A stretch of DNA of 64,000 nt from Myxococcales bacterium (GTDB taxonomy: Bacteria; Myxococcota; Myxococcia; Myxococcales; 40CM-4-68-19): assembly GCA_038231075.1 (NCBI GenBank), contig JBBRMA010000020.1, forward strand, positions 4,964 to 68,963. The letters run 5' to 3'. Positions 9,530 through 18,872 of the stretch are shown piece after piece; position 1 is the first letter of the stretch; every line of letters starts with the position of its first letter. A model generated the notes under the pieces. The model did no database searches, was not told the DNA's origin, and was given only the letters and a program-made list of their open reading frames with translations. Position numbers and translations under genes: made by a program.

Positions 9530-10441
9530 ATGGTGCCCGCCGATCCGCCAGCGTCGCTCTCGGAGCATTTTCTTTCCGCCTTGCAGGCCCGCGGGCTCAC
9601 GCCGCCGGGCGCAAGCGACGCGCTCGAGCGCGCCCTCGCCGCAGCGGCAGATTCGGCCAGGACCGCCTGGCCCCAGATCGCGCCAGACCGCGCCGGGCTT
9701 GCGCGCGCGCTCGGAGACAAGCTCGAATCCGAGGACCTGGGCGAGCCCCTCGCCGCCCTCGCCCAGGTGCGCGCCGCCGATCTGACCCTCGCGCTCGCCT
9801 GCGCCCGCGGCGAGCCGGTCGCGCTGCGCCTCTTCGAGGAGCAGTTCCTCGCGCGCGTTCCGGCGCTGGTGCGGCGGCTCGACCCCTCGGGCACGCTCGG
9901 CGCGGAGGTGGCGCAAGAGCTGCGCGAGAAGTTGCTCGTCGCTGGCGAGGGCGGCCCGCGCATCGCCGACTACTCGGGCCGCGGCGACCTGCTCGGCTGG
10001 CTGCGCGTGGTGGCACTGCGCGCCGCGCTCAAGCTGCGCCGCGCCCAGCGGAGGCACGGGCTGCACGCGCTCGGCGAACGGGAGCACGGCGCGGACCTGC
10101 TCGACGGCGCCGATCCCGAGCGCGACTATCTGCGCCTCCGCTACCAGGGCGAGTACGAGGCTGCTTTTCGCGCCGCGCTGCAGTCGCTGCACGCCCCCGA
10201 GCGGCTCCTGCTCAAGCTGCACCACGTGGACGGGCTCAGCCTGCCTCGCCTGGCCGCGCTCTATCGGGTGCACCGGGCGACCATCGCGCGGCGGCTCGCG
10301 GACCACCGGCGCAAGCTGCTCGAGACCACCAAGGCGCTCCTGAGAGACAAGCTGCGGCTGAGCGAGTCCGAGTTCGAGAGCCTGCTCGTGCTGGTGCGCA
10401 GCCAGCTTGGCGTGGGGCTGCGCTCGGCGCTGTCGAAGTAG
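9530..10441 (+). CDS. ECF sigma-70 factor, myxobacterial kinase-associated type
   Basis: DLTLALACARGE, YSGRGDLLGWLRVVA (sigma2), sigma4 HTH LSLPRLAALYRVHRATIARRL. Confidence 0.85.
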   Translation: MVPADPPASLSEHFLSALQARGLTPPGASDALERALAAAADSARTAWPQIAPDRAGLARALGDKLESEDLGEPLAALAQVRAADLTLALACARGEPVALRLFEEQFLARVPALVRRLDPSGTLGAEVAQELREKLLVAGEGGPRIADYSGRGDLLGWLRVVALRAALKLRRAQRRHGLHALGEREHGADLLDGADPERDYLRLRYQGEYEAAFRAALQSLHAPERLLLKLHHVDGLSLPRLAALYRVHRATIARRLADHRRKLLETTKALLRDKLRLSESEFESLLVLVRSQLGVGLRSALSK

Positions 10442-10543
10442 TTCCCCGGCTGAGCACTTCCTTGCCCAGCCCGTGGAACGGCGCTGCCCACTGCCGGGCG
10501 GCAGGACGTCTGCGCTTGGTCCCTCCACCGCTCTGCCGCAGCG

Positions 10544-10560
10544 ACGGCACGGTGTGTGCT
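10544..10560 (+). promoter_or_regulatory. Candidate sigma54 promoter
   Basis: CGGCACGGTGTGTGCT: GG(10546-47)-N10-GC(10558-59), upstream of the lipoprotein gene. Confidence 0.55.
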
Positions 10561-10605
10561 CTGTGCCCCTACGCGTGAAGTGTCGCGAGTGTCCGGGGGG
10601 CAGCA

Positions 10606-12468
10606 ATGCGGTCAGGGTGGAATTGGCGGCGGGTCGGCTGTGCGCTCGTCCTCGCGGTGGCCGGCTGCTCGAGCAGCGTGGCGACGCCCGATGATGGCGG
10701 CTCCCTCCAGCTCGGCGGAGACGCCGGCAATGACGCCGGCCAGGTCTCCGACGCAGGCACGCCCGCCGATGGCGGCAAAAGCTTCGACGCCGGCACTCCG
10801 GCCGACGCGGGCACTCCGACCGACGCGGGCACGCCGGGCGACGCCGGCACTGTCAGCGACGCCGGCACTGTTAGCGACGCCGGCACTGTTAGCGACGCCG
10901 GCACTGATAGCGACGCCGGAACCGTGAGCGACGCAGGCTCGCCCGCCGACGCCGGGACGCCCGACGCGGGCACCGTCTACGACGCTGGAACTCCGGCTGA
11001 CGCTGGGACTGACGCTGGCTCGCCTGCCGACGCGGGCCCCTTCGACGCCGGCCCGCCGTACACCTATCCGGACGCGACCGGCTGGAAGTTCTACGGTCCG
11101 CAGGACGGCGTGCCCGCGAAGGTCTACGGCGTCACGGCCGATCACGACGGCAACATCTGGGTCGCCGGCGGCGAGGACGGCCTCTTCCTCATGCGCCCGA
11201 ACGACACGCGCTTCCAGCAGTTCGGCCTCGCCGACGGCCTCCACCCGTACGGCTACATGGCGGACGGCTCGCCGTCGACGACCGACCCCTACCTCAACGT
11301 CATCTCTGTGGCAGGCGGCCAAGGCAGCACCGTCTACGTCGGCTACGCCGGCATCGGCGGCGAGGTGGACGGCGCGCGGCAGCCCCCGTCCGGCGAGGTG
11401 GGCTGCGAGTCGAACTGGGATCCGACGCAGCCGAACAATCCGGCCCTCAACGATCCGGCGGTCTACAAGAGCGGCGACGCCGATCGCGTGGTGTTGAGCG
11501 GCGCCGGCATCACCGTGGCCCACTACGACATCTTCAGCGGCCCCGGCATGGTCAAGCCCGAGCCGCAGGGCCGCGAGAAGATCTGCGACGTGCACCGCAT
11601 CAAGTACGACGCGAGCACCCACAGCGTCTGGTTCGGCGGCAACCACGGCTTCGCCTGGGGCGACCCGGACTTCACCGGCGCGCCGACCTGCGATGGGCGG
11701 CGCTCCTGCCAGGGCTTGCTCGAGCACGTGCACCCGGCGATCAGCGGCTGGCAGACCGACGCCAGGACCAACCTCGTCTACTACACGGGCGGCTACTACG
11801 GCATTGCCCCGGACGCCAACGGCGACGTCTGGTTCGGCGGGTTCAACCGCTCGACGCACCTCTTCTTCGGCACCAACGGCGGCGCGACCAACAAGTACGT
11901 CTTCCTCGCCGCGGCCGGCGACCAGACCCAGGATTCGGCCCACGCCTGGAACCGGATCGACGTCTGGCCGGACAAGGTCTCAGAGCCGAACTATCCGACG
12001 CCGAGCGACCGCGGCTGCACCAACGGCCAGAACTGCACGCTCGACGACCTCGTCAGCGGCATGGCCGTGGCGCCCGACCAGAGCGTCTTCGCCAGCTCGT
12101 TCCACCTGGGCATCGCGCACCTCACCTTGAGCGGCACGGTGCAGGACTACGTCAGCATCAAGGTCCCGAAGACGGCGCGGACGGCCGACCAGATCGACAA
12201 CGGCTCGTTCGGCGCGCTGGCCACCGATCCGAAAGACGGCAGCATCTGGGCGGGCCACGTCTACGGGCCGGGCATCGCGCGCATCACCGGCTCGCAGGCC
12301 CCGTACAACGTCGCCTACTTCACCGGCGACACCTTCGGCTGGGACCTCACCTTCGCCAAGATCACCGACATCCAGGCGGACGCCTGGTCCACCCCGCGGC
12401 GGATGCTGGTCGGCTGGACGGCCGCGGGGGCCGCGCCTGGCACCGTCGGCGTCTACACCGGCGACTGA
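10606..12468 (+). CDS. Lipoprotein with DAG(T/S) repeat stalk and probable beta-propeller domain
   Basis: Lipobox LAVAGC; many DAGTPA/DAGTVS repeats; propeller-like blades DGNIWVAG, NGDVWFGG, DGSIWAG. Confidence 0.8.
   Translation: MRSGWNWRRVGCALVLAVAGCSSSVATPDDGGSLQLGGDAGNDAGQVSDAGTPADGGKSFDAGTPADAGTPTDAGTPGDAGTVSDAGTVSDAGTVSDAGTDSDAGTVSDAGSPADAGTPDAGTVYDAGTPADAGTDAGSPADAGPFDAGPPYTYPDATGWKFYGPQDGVPAKVYGVTADHDGNIWVAGGEDGLFLMRPNDTRFQQFGLADGLHPYGYMADGSPSTTDPYLNVISVAGGQGSTVYVGYAGIGGEVDGARQPPSGEVGCESNWDPTQPNNPALNDPAVYKSGDADRVVLSGAGITVAHYDIFSGPGMVKPEPQGREKICDVHRIKYDASTHSVWFGGNHGFAWGDPDFTGAPTCDGRRSCQGLLEHVHPAISGWQTDARTNLVYYTGGYYGIAPDANGDVWFGGFNRSTHLFFGTNGGATNKYVFLAAAGDQTQDSAHAWNRIDVWPDKVSEPNYPTPSDRGCTNGQNCTLDDLVSGMAVAPDQSVFASSFHLGIAHLTLSGTVQDYVSIKVPKTARTADQIDNGSFGALATDPKDGSIWAGHVYGPGIARITGSQAPYNVAYFTGDTFGWDLTFAKITDIQADAWSTPRRMLVGWTAAGAAPGTVGVYTGD
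10750..11055 (+). repeat. In-frame 15-18 bp coding repeats (GACGCCGGCAC...)
   Basis: Repeated gacgccggcactgttagc-like units encoding DAGTVS/DAGTPA. Confidence 0.8.
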
Positions 12469-13649
12469 GCGCGGAAGAGCGAGTTCCACTGCTTGAGCGC
12501 GGCCCCGTTGAGGGCGAACGGCTTCACTTCCAGCCCGAAGCCATCGCCCTGCGGAGAGCAGCGCACCACCTTGGCCCAGAGGCGCAGCGGCGCCGGCTCG
12601 ACGGCAAGCTCGCACTCGACGAGCTGGTTCAACGTCAGCGGCCAGCGGCCTTCCATGCGGAAGCTCTGCGAGGCAATGCCGACGACGCTGTAGTCGCCGC
12701 GCGCCGCCGGCTGGACGATCTTGACCGGCGCGCTGAGCGGGCGAAAGCCGTCGGGCAGCGGCGTCGGCTCGACCAGCTTGGAAGGGGCGGCCTTTGGCGG
12801 CGTGCCCTCGAACGAGGCGATGACGGCGGGGATGTCCGGCAGGATGGCGGCGATCGCCTCGCGCTCGGGCCGGGTCAGGGCGGACACGCGCTTGAGCTCC
12901 TCGGCCGAGACCGACGAGTGGTGGGCGAGCAGCGCGACCACCTGGTCGCTCGCGGCCACCACTTCGACCACGCTGCCGTGCGCGCCCTGTCCGGGAGTTG
13001 CGTCGTGGTGGAGCGAGAAGACGTCGGAGAAGACCGCCGGCAGGTTCCAGCGCGCGGCGATGACGAGGCCGATCTCGACGTGCAGCCGCGAGAGCATGGC
13101 GCTCAGGTGGGCAGCGTCCTGCGCGGGGACCTCGGGGCGCTGGGCGAGCAGCTCCTCGAGCAGCGAGATGCCGACCACCCAGCCAAAGTCGTGGAGCAGC
13201 CCGCAGAGGAACGCCTCTTCGATGTTGAGCACGCGCAGCCGCGCCAGCTCCTGGCAGATGAGCGCCGACGCCACCGAGCCGTGCCACGCCTGCCGCTTGA
13301 GCGCCTGCAGGCCGCCTGCGCTCGTGGTGGTCGCCGCCAGCGCCGAGGCCAGCGAGATGCGCACGATCTCTTGAGCGCCCAGCCAGCCGACCGCTTGCGG
13401 AAGGGTGGTGATCTTCGCGCCTCGCGAAAAGAACGCCGAGTTTGCGCAGCGCAATACGCCCGCGGCGGTCACCGGGTCGGCCGAGATGGCAGCGACGATC
13501 TCCGCGATCGAATAGTCGTCCTTGCGGGCGATGGCCGAGAGGCGCAGCGCGACCGCCGGATAGGGCGGCAGCTTGAGCTTCCCCACGCGCAGGCAAGCGA
13601 CAAGCGCCTCCTCGAGGTCGAACGGCGGGTCCGGATTGAGGCCGACCAT
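12453..13649 (-). CDS. HDOD domain protein with PilZ-like C-terminal domain
   Basis: LPPYPAVA, DPVTAAGVLRCANSA, GLLHDFG, RWNLP; C-terminal GIASQSFR...AKVVRC...FGLEV. Confidence 0.85.
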   Translation of the reverse strand: MVGLNPDPPFDLEEALVACLRVGKLKLPPYPAVALRLSAIARKDDYSIAEIVAAISADPVTAAGVLRCANSAFFSRGAKITTLPQAVGWLGAQEIVRISLASALAATTTSAGGLQALKRQAWHGSVASALICQELARLRVLNIEEAFLCGLLHDFGWVVGISLLEELLAQRPEVPAQDAAHLSAMLSRLHVEIGLVIAARWNLPAVFSDVFSLHHDATPGQGAHGSVVEVVAASDQVVALLAHHSSVSAEELKRVSALTRPEREAIAAILPDIPAVIASFEGTPPKAAPSKLVEPTPLPDGFRPLSAPVKIVQPAARGDYSVVGIASQSFRMEGRWPLTLNQLVECELAVEPAPLRLWAKVVRCSPQGDGFGLEVKPFALNGAALKQWNSLFRAQSPV

Positions 13650-13836
13650 GCACTCTCCCTCGAAGTCTTCCCCGTGATCGGCCGGCGCGCCCGCTTCTGG
13701 AGCAGCGACAAACGTCGTAGGATGCGCGCCCGCGGTCCGCCAGGCGGCGGAGGGCGCGCTCACTCCGGCAACTAGCGGAGTCCCGGGCGCGCCGCGAGTG
13801 GTGTAGGAGAGCACCCTCGCACTGACCGGAGGCTCG

Positions 13837-14310
13837 ATGTCCCGCACCGCGCTCTCGCTCGCGCTCCTCGCCCTCGCCCCGCTCTCGGGCATGGGCTGCA
13901 CGCCGACGTTGTTCATGAACCGGTCGTTCCTCGTCCCCGAGGAGCTGAAGCTCTCGAGCACCGGGTACGCCAGCTTGAAGTCCACCGGTGAGACGTTCGA
14001 CCTGACGCCCATCAAGGCGCAGGAGTCGCGGATGGGCGAGCGGGTGCAGGTGCTCGAGGTGCACGGCAGCTACGTGCTCATCGGCGACGGCTGGAAGAAG
14101 GCGTGGCGCATCTGGCCCGCCGGCAAGGACGAGGCGAAGTACAAGGCCGTTGGCCTCGAGGCAGGACCAGCAGGATCGCTGTTCCAGGCGCCGACGCTCG
14201 AGGCGAGCGGCAAGTGCGCGCTGTTGAAGTGGCAGGGCAGGGCCGGGCCAGCACAGGCCTACATCACCGCTGACGGAGACGCCGATGCGAAGAAGTGTGG
14301 AGACGAATAG
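13837..14310 (+). CDS. Hypothetical lipoprotein
   Basis: Hydrophobic leader ending SGMGC; GGAGG RBS. Confidence 0.7.
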   Translation: MSRTALSLALLALAPLSGMGCTPTLFMNRSFLVPEELKLSSTGYASLKSTGETFDLTPIKAQESRMGERVQVLEVHGSYVLIGDGWKKAWRIWPAGKDEAKYKAVGLEAGPAGSLFQAPTLEASGKCALLKWQGRAGPAQAYITADGDADAKKCGDE

Positions 14311-14311
14311 C

Positions 14312-15778
14312 GTGAAGACCCTCATCGCCGTTTGCGCAGCGTTCGCGCTCGCGCTTCCCGCAGCCGCCATCACGCCGGTCATGCCGGCAAGCCAGGGCAG
14401 CCAGGGCAATCATCCGACCCAGCCCGCGCCCACCAAGGTGGCGGCGCCCGCGCCCATCTCGCCGAAGAACGATCCGAACCGGATCGCCGCCGAGAAGATC
14501 CTGCGCGAGGCCGCGACGTTCGAGAAGGACAACTGCGAGACGGCTTTCCTCAAGTACCAGGAGGCCAACCAGTCCATCGCGCAGATCATGGACAAGGCCA
14601 CGCGCTCGCAGCTCGAGTCCATCGCCTCCAACAAGGTGGAGAAGCTGAACGAGTGCTACCAGGCGTGCCAGCCCGGTGAGCGGCAGAAGTCGCTGCTCGA
14701 CTCGGCCCGCTCGGCGCACGAGCGCGGCGAGGACCGGCGAGCGATCCAGATCTCGAAGCGCCTGCTGGTCGGCAAGAACGACAAGTGCATGTTCTGGCAG
14801 AGCGCCAAGGACTTCCTGCGCACGCTGCCCAAGCAGGCCGAGGAGATGGACTCGGCCAACTTCGACCCCTGCCAGGTGACGCCTGACGTGCAGAAGGCGA
14901 TGACCGACGCGCGCGAGTCGTCGAAGAAGCACGCCGCCGCGGTGGCCGCGCTCGAGACCGAGAAGGGTCCCTTGACGCCGCGCCTGGGCGACATCGTCGA
15001 GCTCTACCGCTCGATGGACGCGACCCGCGTCAAGGTCTTCGAGCTGCGCGAAGAGTTCCTCGACTGCGACAGCGTCTACAAGCCGCTGGTCTCGGACGCC
15101 ATCTCGCTGCGCGACAGCTATGGCCGCGCGCAGGACCTCATCCTCACCACCTACAAGGCGCAGGTCGACGGCCTCGCCAAGCGGGTCAAGCACTTCCAGC
15201 GGCAGATCGCCGACCAGAACGCCAAGCTGCTCAAGAGCGGCACCGAGCTGGATCGCTTGAAGGCAGAGCTCGACGGCCTCTCGGCGTTCAATGAAGAGCT
15301 CTACAACGACCTGTTCGCGCTCGCGGGCACCGAGTCGGCCCAGTTCGCCGTCACGGTCGAAGGCCGCCGCATCGAGCAGCCGGTCGAGGAGATCCAGAAG
15401 CTGGTCGAGAACCAGGCCAAGGTGATGGAGACCCTCTCGGCGAAATATCCTGAGTATTTCAAGGACGGCATCAACGTCGAGGCGCTCAAGCGCAGGAAGC
15501 TCGTCTTGGAGAAGGTCGCCCAGATGATGGGCCGCTTCGGCAAGACCGTCGCCAAGGGCAAGCCGACCTACGGGCGCGCCATGGCAGAGCTCGACGCGAC
15601 CATCCGCATGATGGACAAGGCGATCGCCGCTGGGAACCTCACGGGCGACAAGGCCCCCGCCGTGCAGACCGCCGCGGTGTCCACCTCGACCGGCTGGTTC
15701 GACTACCTGGCCGTCGCGGCGCTCGGCCTCGCCGTGGTCGGTGCGGTGGTCTTCGTCTTCCGCCGCAACGCGCGGTAG
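14312..15778 (+). CDS. Exported Cys-containing coiled-coil protein with C-terminal membrane anchor
   Basis: GTG start 1 bp after the upstream stop; signal peptide; long helical body; C-terminal TM then RRNAR. Confidence 0.75.
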   Translation: MKTLIAVCAAFALALPAAAITPVMPASQGSQGNHPTQPAPTKVAAPAPISPKNDPNRIAAEKILREAATFEKDNCETAFLKYQEANQSIAQIMDKATRSQLESIASNKVEKLNECYQACQPGERQKSLLDSARSAHERGEDRRAIQISKRLLVGKNDKCMFWQSAKDFLRTLPKQAEEMDSANFDPCQVTPDVQKAMTDARESSKKHAAAVAALETEKGPLTPRLGDIVELYRSMDATRVKVFELREEFLDCDSVYKPLVSDAISLRDSYGRAQDLILTTYKAQVDGLAKRVKHFQRQIADQNAKLLKSGTELDRLKAELDGLSAFNEELYNDLFALAGTESAQFAVTVEGRRIEQPVEEIQKLVENQAKVMETLSAKYPEYFKDGINVEALKRRKLVLEKVAQMMGRFGKTVAKGKPTYGRAMAELDATIRMMDKAIAAGNLTGDKAPAVQTAAVSTSTGWFDYLAVAALGLAVVGAVVFVFRRNAR

Positions 15779-15799
15779 CAGCAGCGACTGCTGAGCAGA

Positions 15800-15834
15800 A
15801 GACACGGAGAGCTTTTCTCAAGTCCTCCGTGTCT
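15800..15834. terminator. Hairpin between convergent genes
   Basis: AGACACGGAG (15800-09) / CTCCGTGTCT (15825-34), perfect 10-bp stem. Confidence 0.5.
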
Positions 15835-16954
15835 CTGTGTTCGGGAGTTTTTCCACCTTGAGCTGCTCGCGGCCCGCCTTGGTCCAGGCCGCGATGCGCC
15901 GCGTGGGAACGACCAGGCTGGTCCGGTTCAGCTCGAGGAGGAACGCGCCGCCGGAGCCGGGCCGCTCCGGCGGTGGCTTGCGCGGCTCGATGCGAACGAG
16001 GTCGATGGCGACCGTGCGCATCGGTCCGTTGGCTCCTGATCCGACATAGAGGAAGCCGCGGTCAGGGGTCTCCATGCGCGCCGCGAGCACGGTGGCGTAG
16101 TGGCCGGTGGCGGGCGCTTTGGCGTGGCCCGTGCGCAGCGTGACGATGTCGCCCGAGCGCGCCTTGGGCTCGGCGTTGTCGTCGTCGCAGAGCGGCGTCT
16201 TCGGCGTCCGCCCATTGGAATACTCGGTGACGTCGAGGTTCCAATCTTTGCGATAGACCAGCTCCGGCCAATCGTCGCCGAGCCGCAGGCGATAGCCGCC
16301 GCGCTTGAGCCCTTCGACCAGCGCGGCCGAGGCGGTGGCGCCGCAGAAGTCGCGTGGGAAGTTGGCGATGTCCGGCCGGTCGCCCAGGTCCAGCGCGCGG
16401 CCGTTGCCGTGGCTGGCCGCCGATTTGTAGAGGTGCTCGCAGTAGACGTCGCCGCTCTCGGCAAAGTCCCGCTCGGGCGACAGATAGGCGGCGCGCAGGA
16501 ACGAGCGATAGAAGGTGCCCGCCAGCAGCGCGCGCAGCTCGGCGGCCGGGGTAAAGGCGCGGCTGCGCGAGACCGATTCGCGAAAGGCCAGCACCCAGAG
16601 CGGAACGCCGGGCTGGTAGGGCAGCTTGCGCTCCTCGCCCAAGACCACCGCGCGCGAGTCCGGCTGCGAGAGGGCCGCCGGATCGAGCTGGTCCTTGTCG
16701 CAACAGCGTTGCAACAGCGAGTTGGCGGAGCGCTCGGCGAAGCGGCGCGCCTCGAAGTCCCAGTTGGGATTGAAGCCGAAGGGCGCCTCGATGCCTTCGC
16801 CGAGGGCAGGCGCGTCTTCCACCGGCGGAAACTCCTCCTCGAGCGCGGTGCCGTAGGGCTGCGAGGTCACGCCAACATCGCCCTGGCGCGCCCACTCGTC
16901 GGCAGAGGGCCAGCCGGGCCAGCCGGCGCGCAGCTTCGCTTCGTTCTCCATCAT
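15818..16954 (-). CDS. Hypothetical protein, possible papain-like (CHAP/NlpC-P60-type) Cys hydrolase
   Basis: ATGA overlap with the upstream phosphoesterase; DFCGATAS ... RSGDIV ... GHYATV motif order. Confidence 0.6.
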   Translation of the reverse strand: MMENEAKLRAGWPGWPSADEWARQGDVGVTSQPYGTALEEEFPPVEDAPALGEGIEAPFGFNPNWDFEARRFAERSANSLLQRCCDKDQLDPAALSQPDSRAVVLGEERKLPYQPGVPLWVLAFRESVSRSRAFTPAAELRALLAGTFYRSFLRAAYLSPERDFAESGDVYCEHLYKSAASHGNGRALDLGDRPDIANFPRDFCGATASAALVEGLKRGGYRLRLGDDWPELVYRKDWNLDVTEYSNGRTPKTPLCDDDNAEPKARSGDIVTLRTGHAKAPATGHYATVLAARMETPDRGFLYVGSGANGPMRTVAIDLVRIEPRKPPPERPGSGGAFLLELNRTSLVVPTRRIAAWTKAGREQLKVEKLPNTETRRT

Positions 16955-17934
16955 GGCGGGGCCTTCCGCAGGGTGCGGGCGAGCCAGGTCTTGCCCTCGG
17001 CGTCCACCAGCTCGGCGGTCAGCTCGGCGGCGCTGGCCACCAGGTAGACGAAGCCGAGCGCCGCCGCCTGGAAGTGCACCGGGTTGCGGTCGGAAACCTG
17101 GGTCGCCTCGGCGCCCGCGCCGGAGACGATCAGCTCGGTCGAGCCGCCGCACCGTTCGGAGAGCCACTGGATGCTGTGGTCGTGGCCCGAGAGGTAGAGG
17201 TCGGCCTTGCCGCAGACGGCGGCGTCGAGCAGCGCCTTGACCTCGGCGCCCCGGCCGATGACGTCGGTGCCAAATCGCTTCAATGGTGACGGTCTCGCGG
17301 GCTCGTAGGCCCCGGCGTTGCCGTGCGGGCCATTCGACAAGTAGGGGAAGTGGCTGAAGGCGATCTTCCAGGGGGCCTTGGACGCGGCCATCCAGCCGGC
17401 CACCTCGGCGGTCTGCTCCGGGTCGCGCTGCCAGCGGGCGGCGTTGGTGTCGAGCGAGAAGAACTCGGCCGGGCCCTGCACGAAGTGGTAGCGCCGCGCG
17501 GGCAGCTTGAAGCGGCCTCCGCGGCGCGCGTAGGCGAGCTCGCCCTCGGGCCGGGCAAAGTCGTTGCCGAGGCCCCCGTAGTCGTGGTTGCCGAGCGTCG
17601 CATAGAACGGCAGCTGCAGCGCCGCGTAGGGCTCCTCGAACTTGGTGCGCCACTGCGGATCGTCGGCCGAGTCCACGCCCGTCTGGTAGATGTTGTCGCC
17701 GAGCAACAGCACGAAGTCGCAGCCGCGCGCTGCGCAGGTTTTTGCCATCGCCGCGGCCACCTTCAGCTGCTCGGCGTTGCCCATGCCCGTGTCACCGACG
17801 GCGAGGAAGCGCACCGTGCCGTCGCCGGCCTCGGCGCGCGGGCGCACGGCGGAGGCTTGCGCCCCATCTGGATGTTGGGCCCGCGCAGAACACGAGCAGA
17901 CAAGTGCGGCGAGCAGGCCGGCGAGCATGCGCAT
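16951..17934 (-). CDS. Exported metallophosphoesterase (purple acid phosphatase/TRAP-like)
   Basis: GDTG, GDNIY, GNHDY, SHFP, SGHDH motifs; signal peptide. Confidence 0.9.
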   Translation of the reverse strand: MRMLAGLLAALVCSCSARAQHPDGAQASAVRPRAEAGDGTVRFLAVGDTGMGNAEQLKVAAAMAKTCAARGCDFVLLLGDNIYQTGVDSADDPQWRTKFEEPYAALQLPFYATLGNHDYGGLGNDFARPEGELAYARRGGRFKLPARRYHFVQGPAEFFSLDTNAARWQRDPEQTAEVAGWMAASKAPWKIAFSHFPYLSNGPHGNAGAYEPARPSPLKRFGTDVIGRGAEVKALLDAAVCGKADLYLSGHDHSIQWLSERCGGSTELIVSGAGAEATQVSDRNPVHFQAAALGFVYLVASAAELTAELVDAEGKTWLARTLRKAPP

Positions 17935-17982
17935 GTTGCCATCGTCGCATGACTCGCGCCCGGCTGTTACGCTAGCTGCCCC

Positions 17983-18822
17983 ATGACCGACTTCCGCAAG
18001 TTCAAGGGCACCGATCGCTACCTCACCTCCACGGGCCTGGAGGCCGCCGTCAACTGCGCGCTGGCCCTCGAGCGGCCGCTCCTGGTGCGCGGCGAGCCCG
18101 GCACCGGCAAGACCCAGCTGGCCGAGGCCGTCGCCGCCGCGCTCGGCATGAAGCTCATCCACTGGCCGGTGAAATCGACCACGCGCGCGCAGGACGGCCT
18201 CTACGTCTACGACACCGTCCAGCGGCTCTACGACTCGCGCTTTGGAGATGGCGACGTGAAGGACATCCGCCGCTACATCAAGATGGGCCCGCTCGGGCAG
18301 GCCTTCGCCGCCAGGGAGCGGGTGGTGTTGCTCATCGACGAGGTGGACAAGGCCGACCTCGAGTTCCCGAACGATCTGCTCCACGAGCTCGACCGCATGC
18401 GCTTCACCGTCAGCGAGACCGGCGACGAGATCGCGGCACGCGAGCGCCCCGTGGTCATCATCACCTCCAACGCCGAGAAGGAGCTGCCCGACGCCTTCTT
18501 GCGCCGCTGCGTCTTCCACTTCATCGAGTTCCCCGACAAGGAGCTGATGGCGCGCATCGTCCGCGTCCACCACCCGGACCTCGACGACAAATTGCTCCAG
18601 CAATCACTCAAGGCCTTCTATGGCCTTCGCGACACTCAAGGTCTGCGCAAGCGCCCTTCTACGAGCGAATTGATCGATTGGATCGCAGTCCTCCGCCGCG
18701 CGGGGTTGGGTGTGGCTGAGTTGGAAGATCGGTTGCCATTCCTTGGCGCCTTGCTCAAGCGCGAGCAGGATCTATTGGCCTTCGCCGAGGCCTCCCACCG
18801 CGGCCGCCGGCCGAGGGCGTAG
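17983..18822 (+). CDS. MoxR-family AAA+ ATPase
   Basis: Walker A GEPGTGKT, Walker B LLIDEVDKAD, ELPDAFLRRC. Confidence 0.92.
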   Translation: MTDFRKFKGTDRYLTSTGLEAAVNCALALERPLLVRGEPGTGKTQLAEAVAAALGMKLIHWPVKSTTRAQDGLYVYDTVQRLYDSRFGDGDVKDIRRYIKMGPLGQAFAARERVVLLIDEVDKADLEFPNDLLHELDRMRFTVSETGDEIAARERPVVIITSNAEKELPDAFLRRCVFHFIEFPDKELMARIVRVHHPDLDDKLLQQSLKAFYGLRDTQGLRKRPSTSELIDWIAVLRRAGLGVAELEDRLPFLGALLKREQDLLAFAEASHRGRRPRA

Positions 18823-18872
18823 CTTGAACCAAGGTGCCTCCGCGCTCTCCGCGTCCAAAGCAAGAGGTCACG

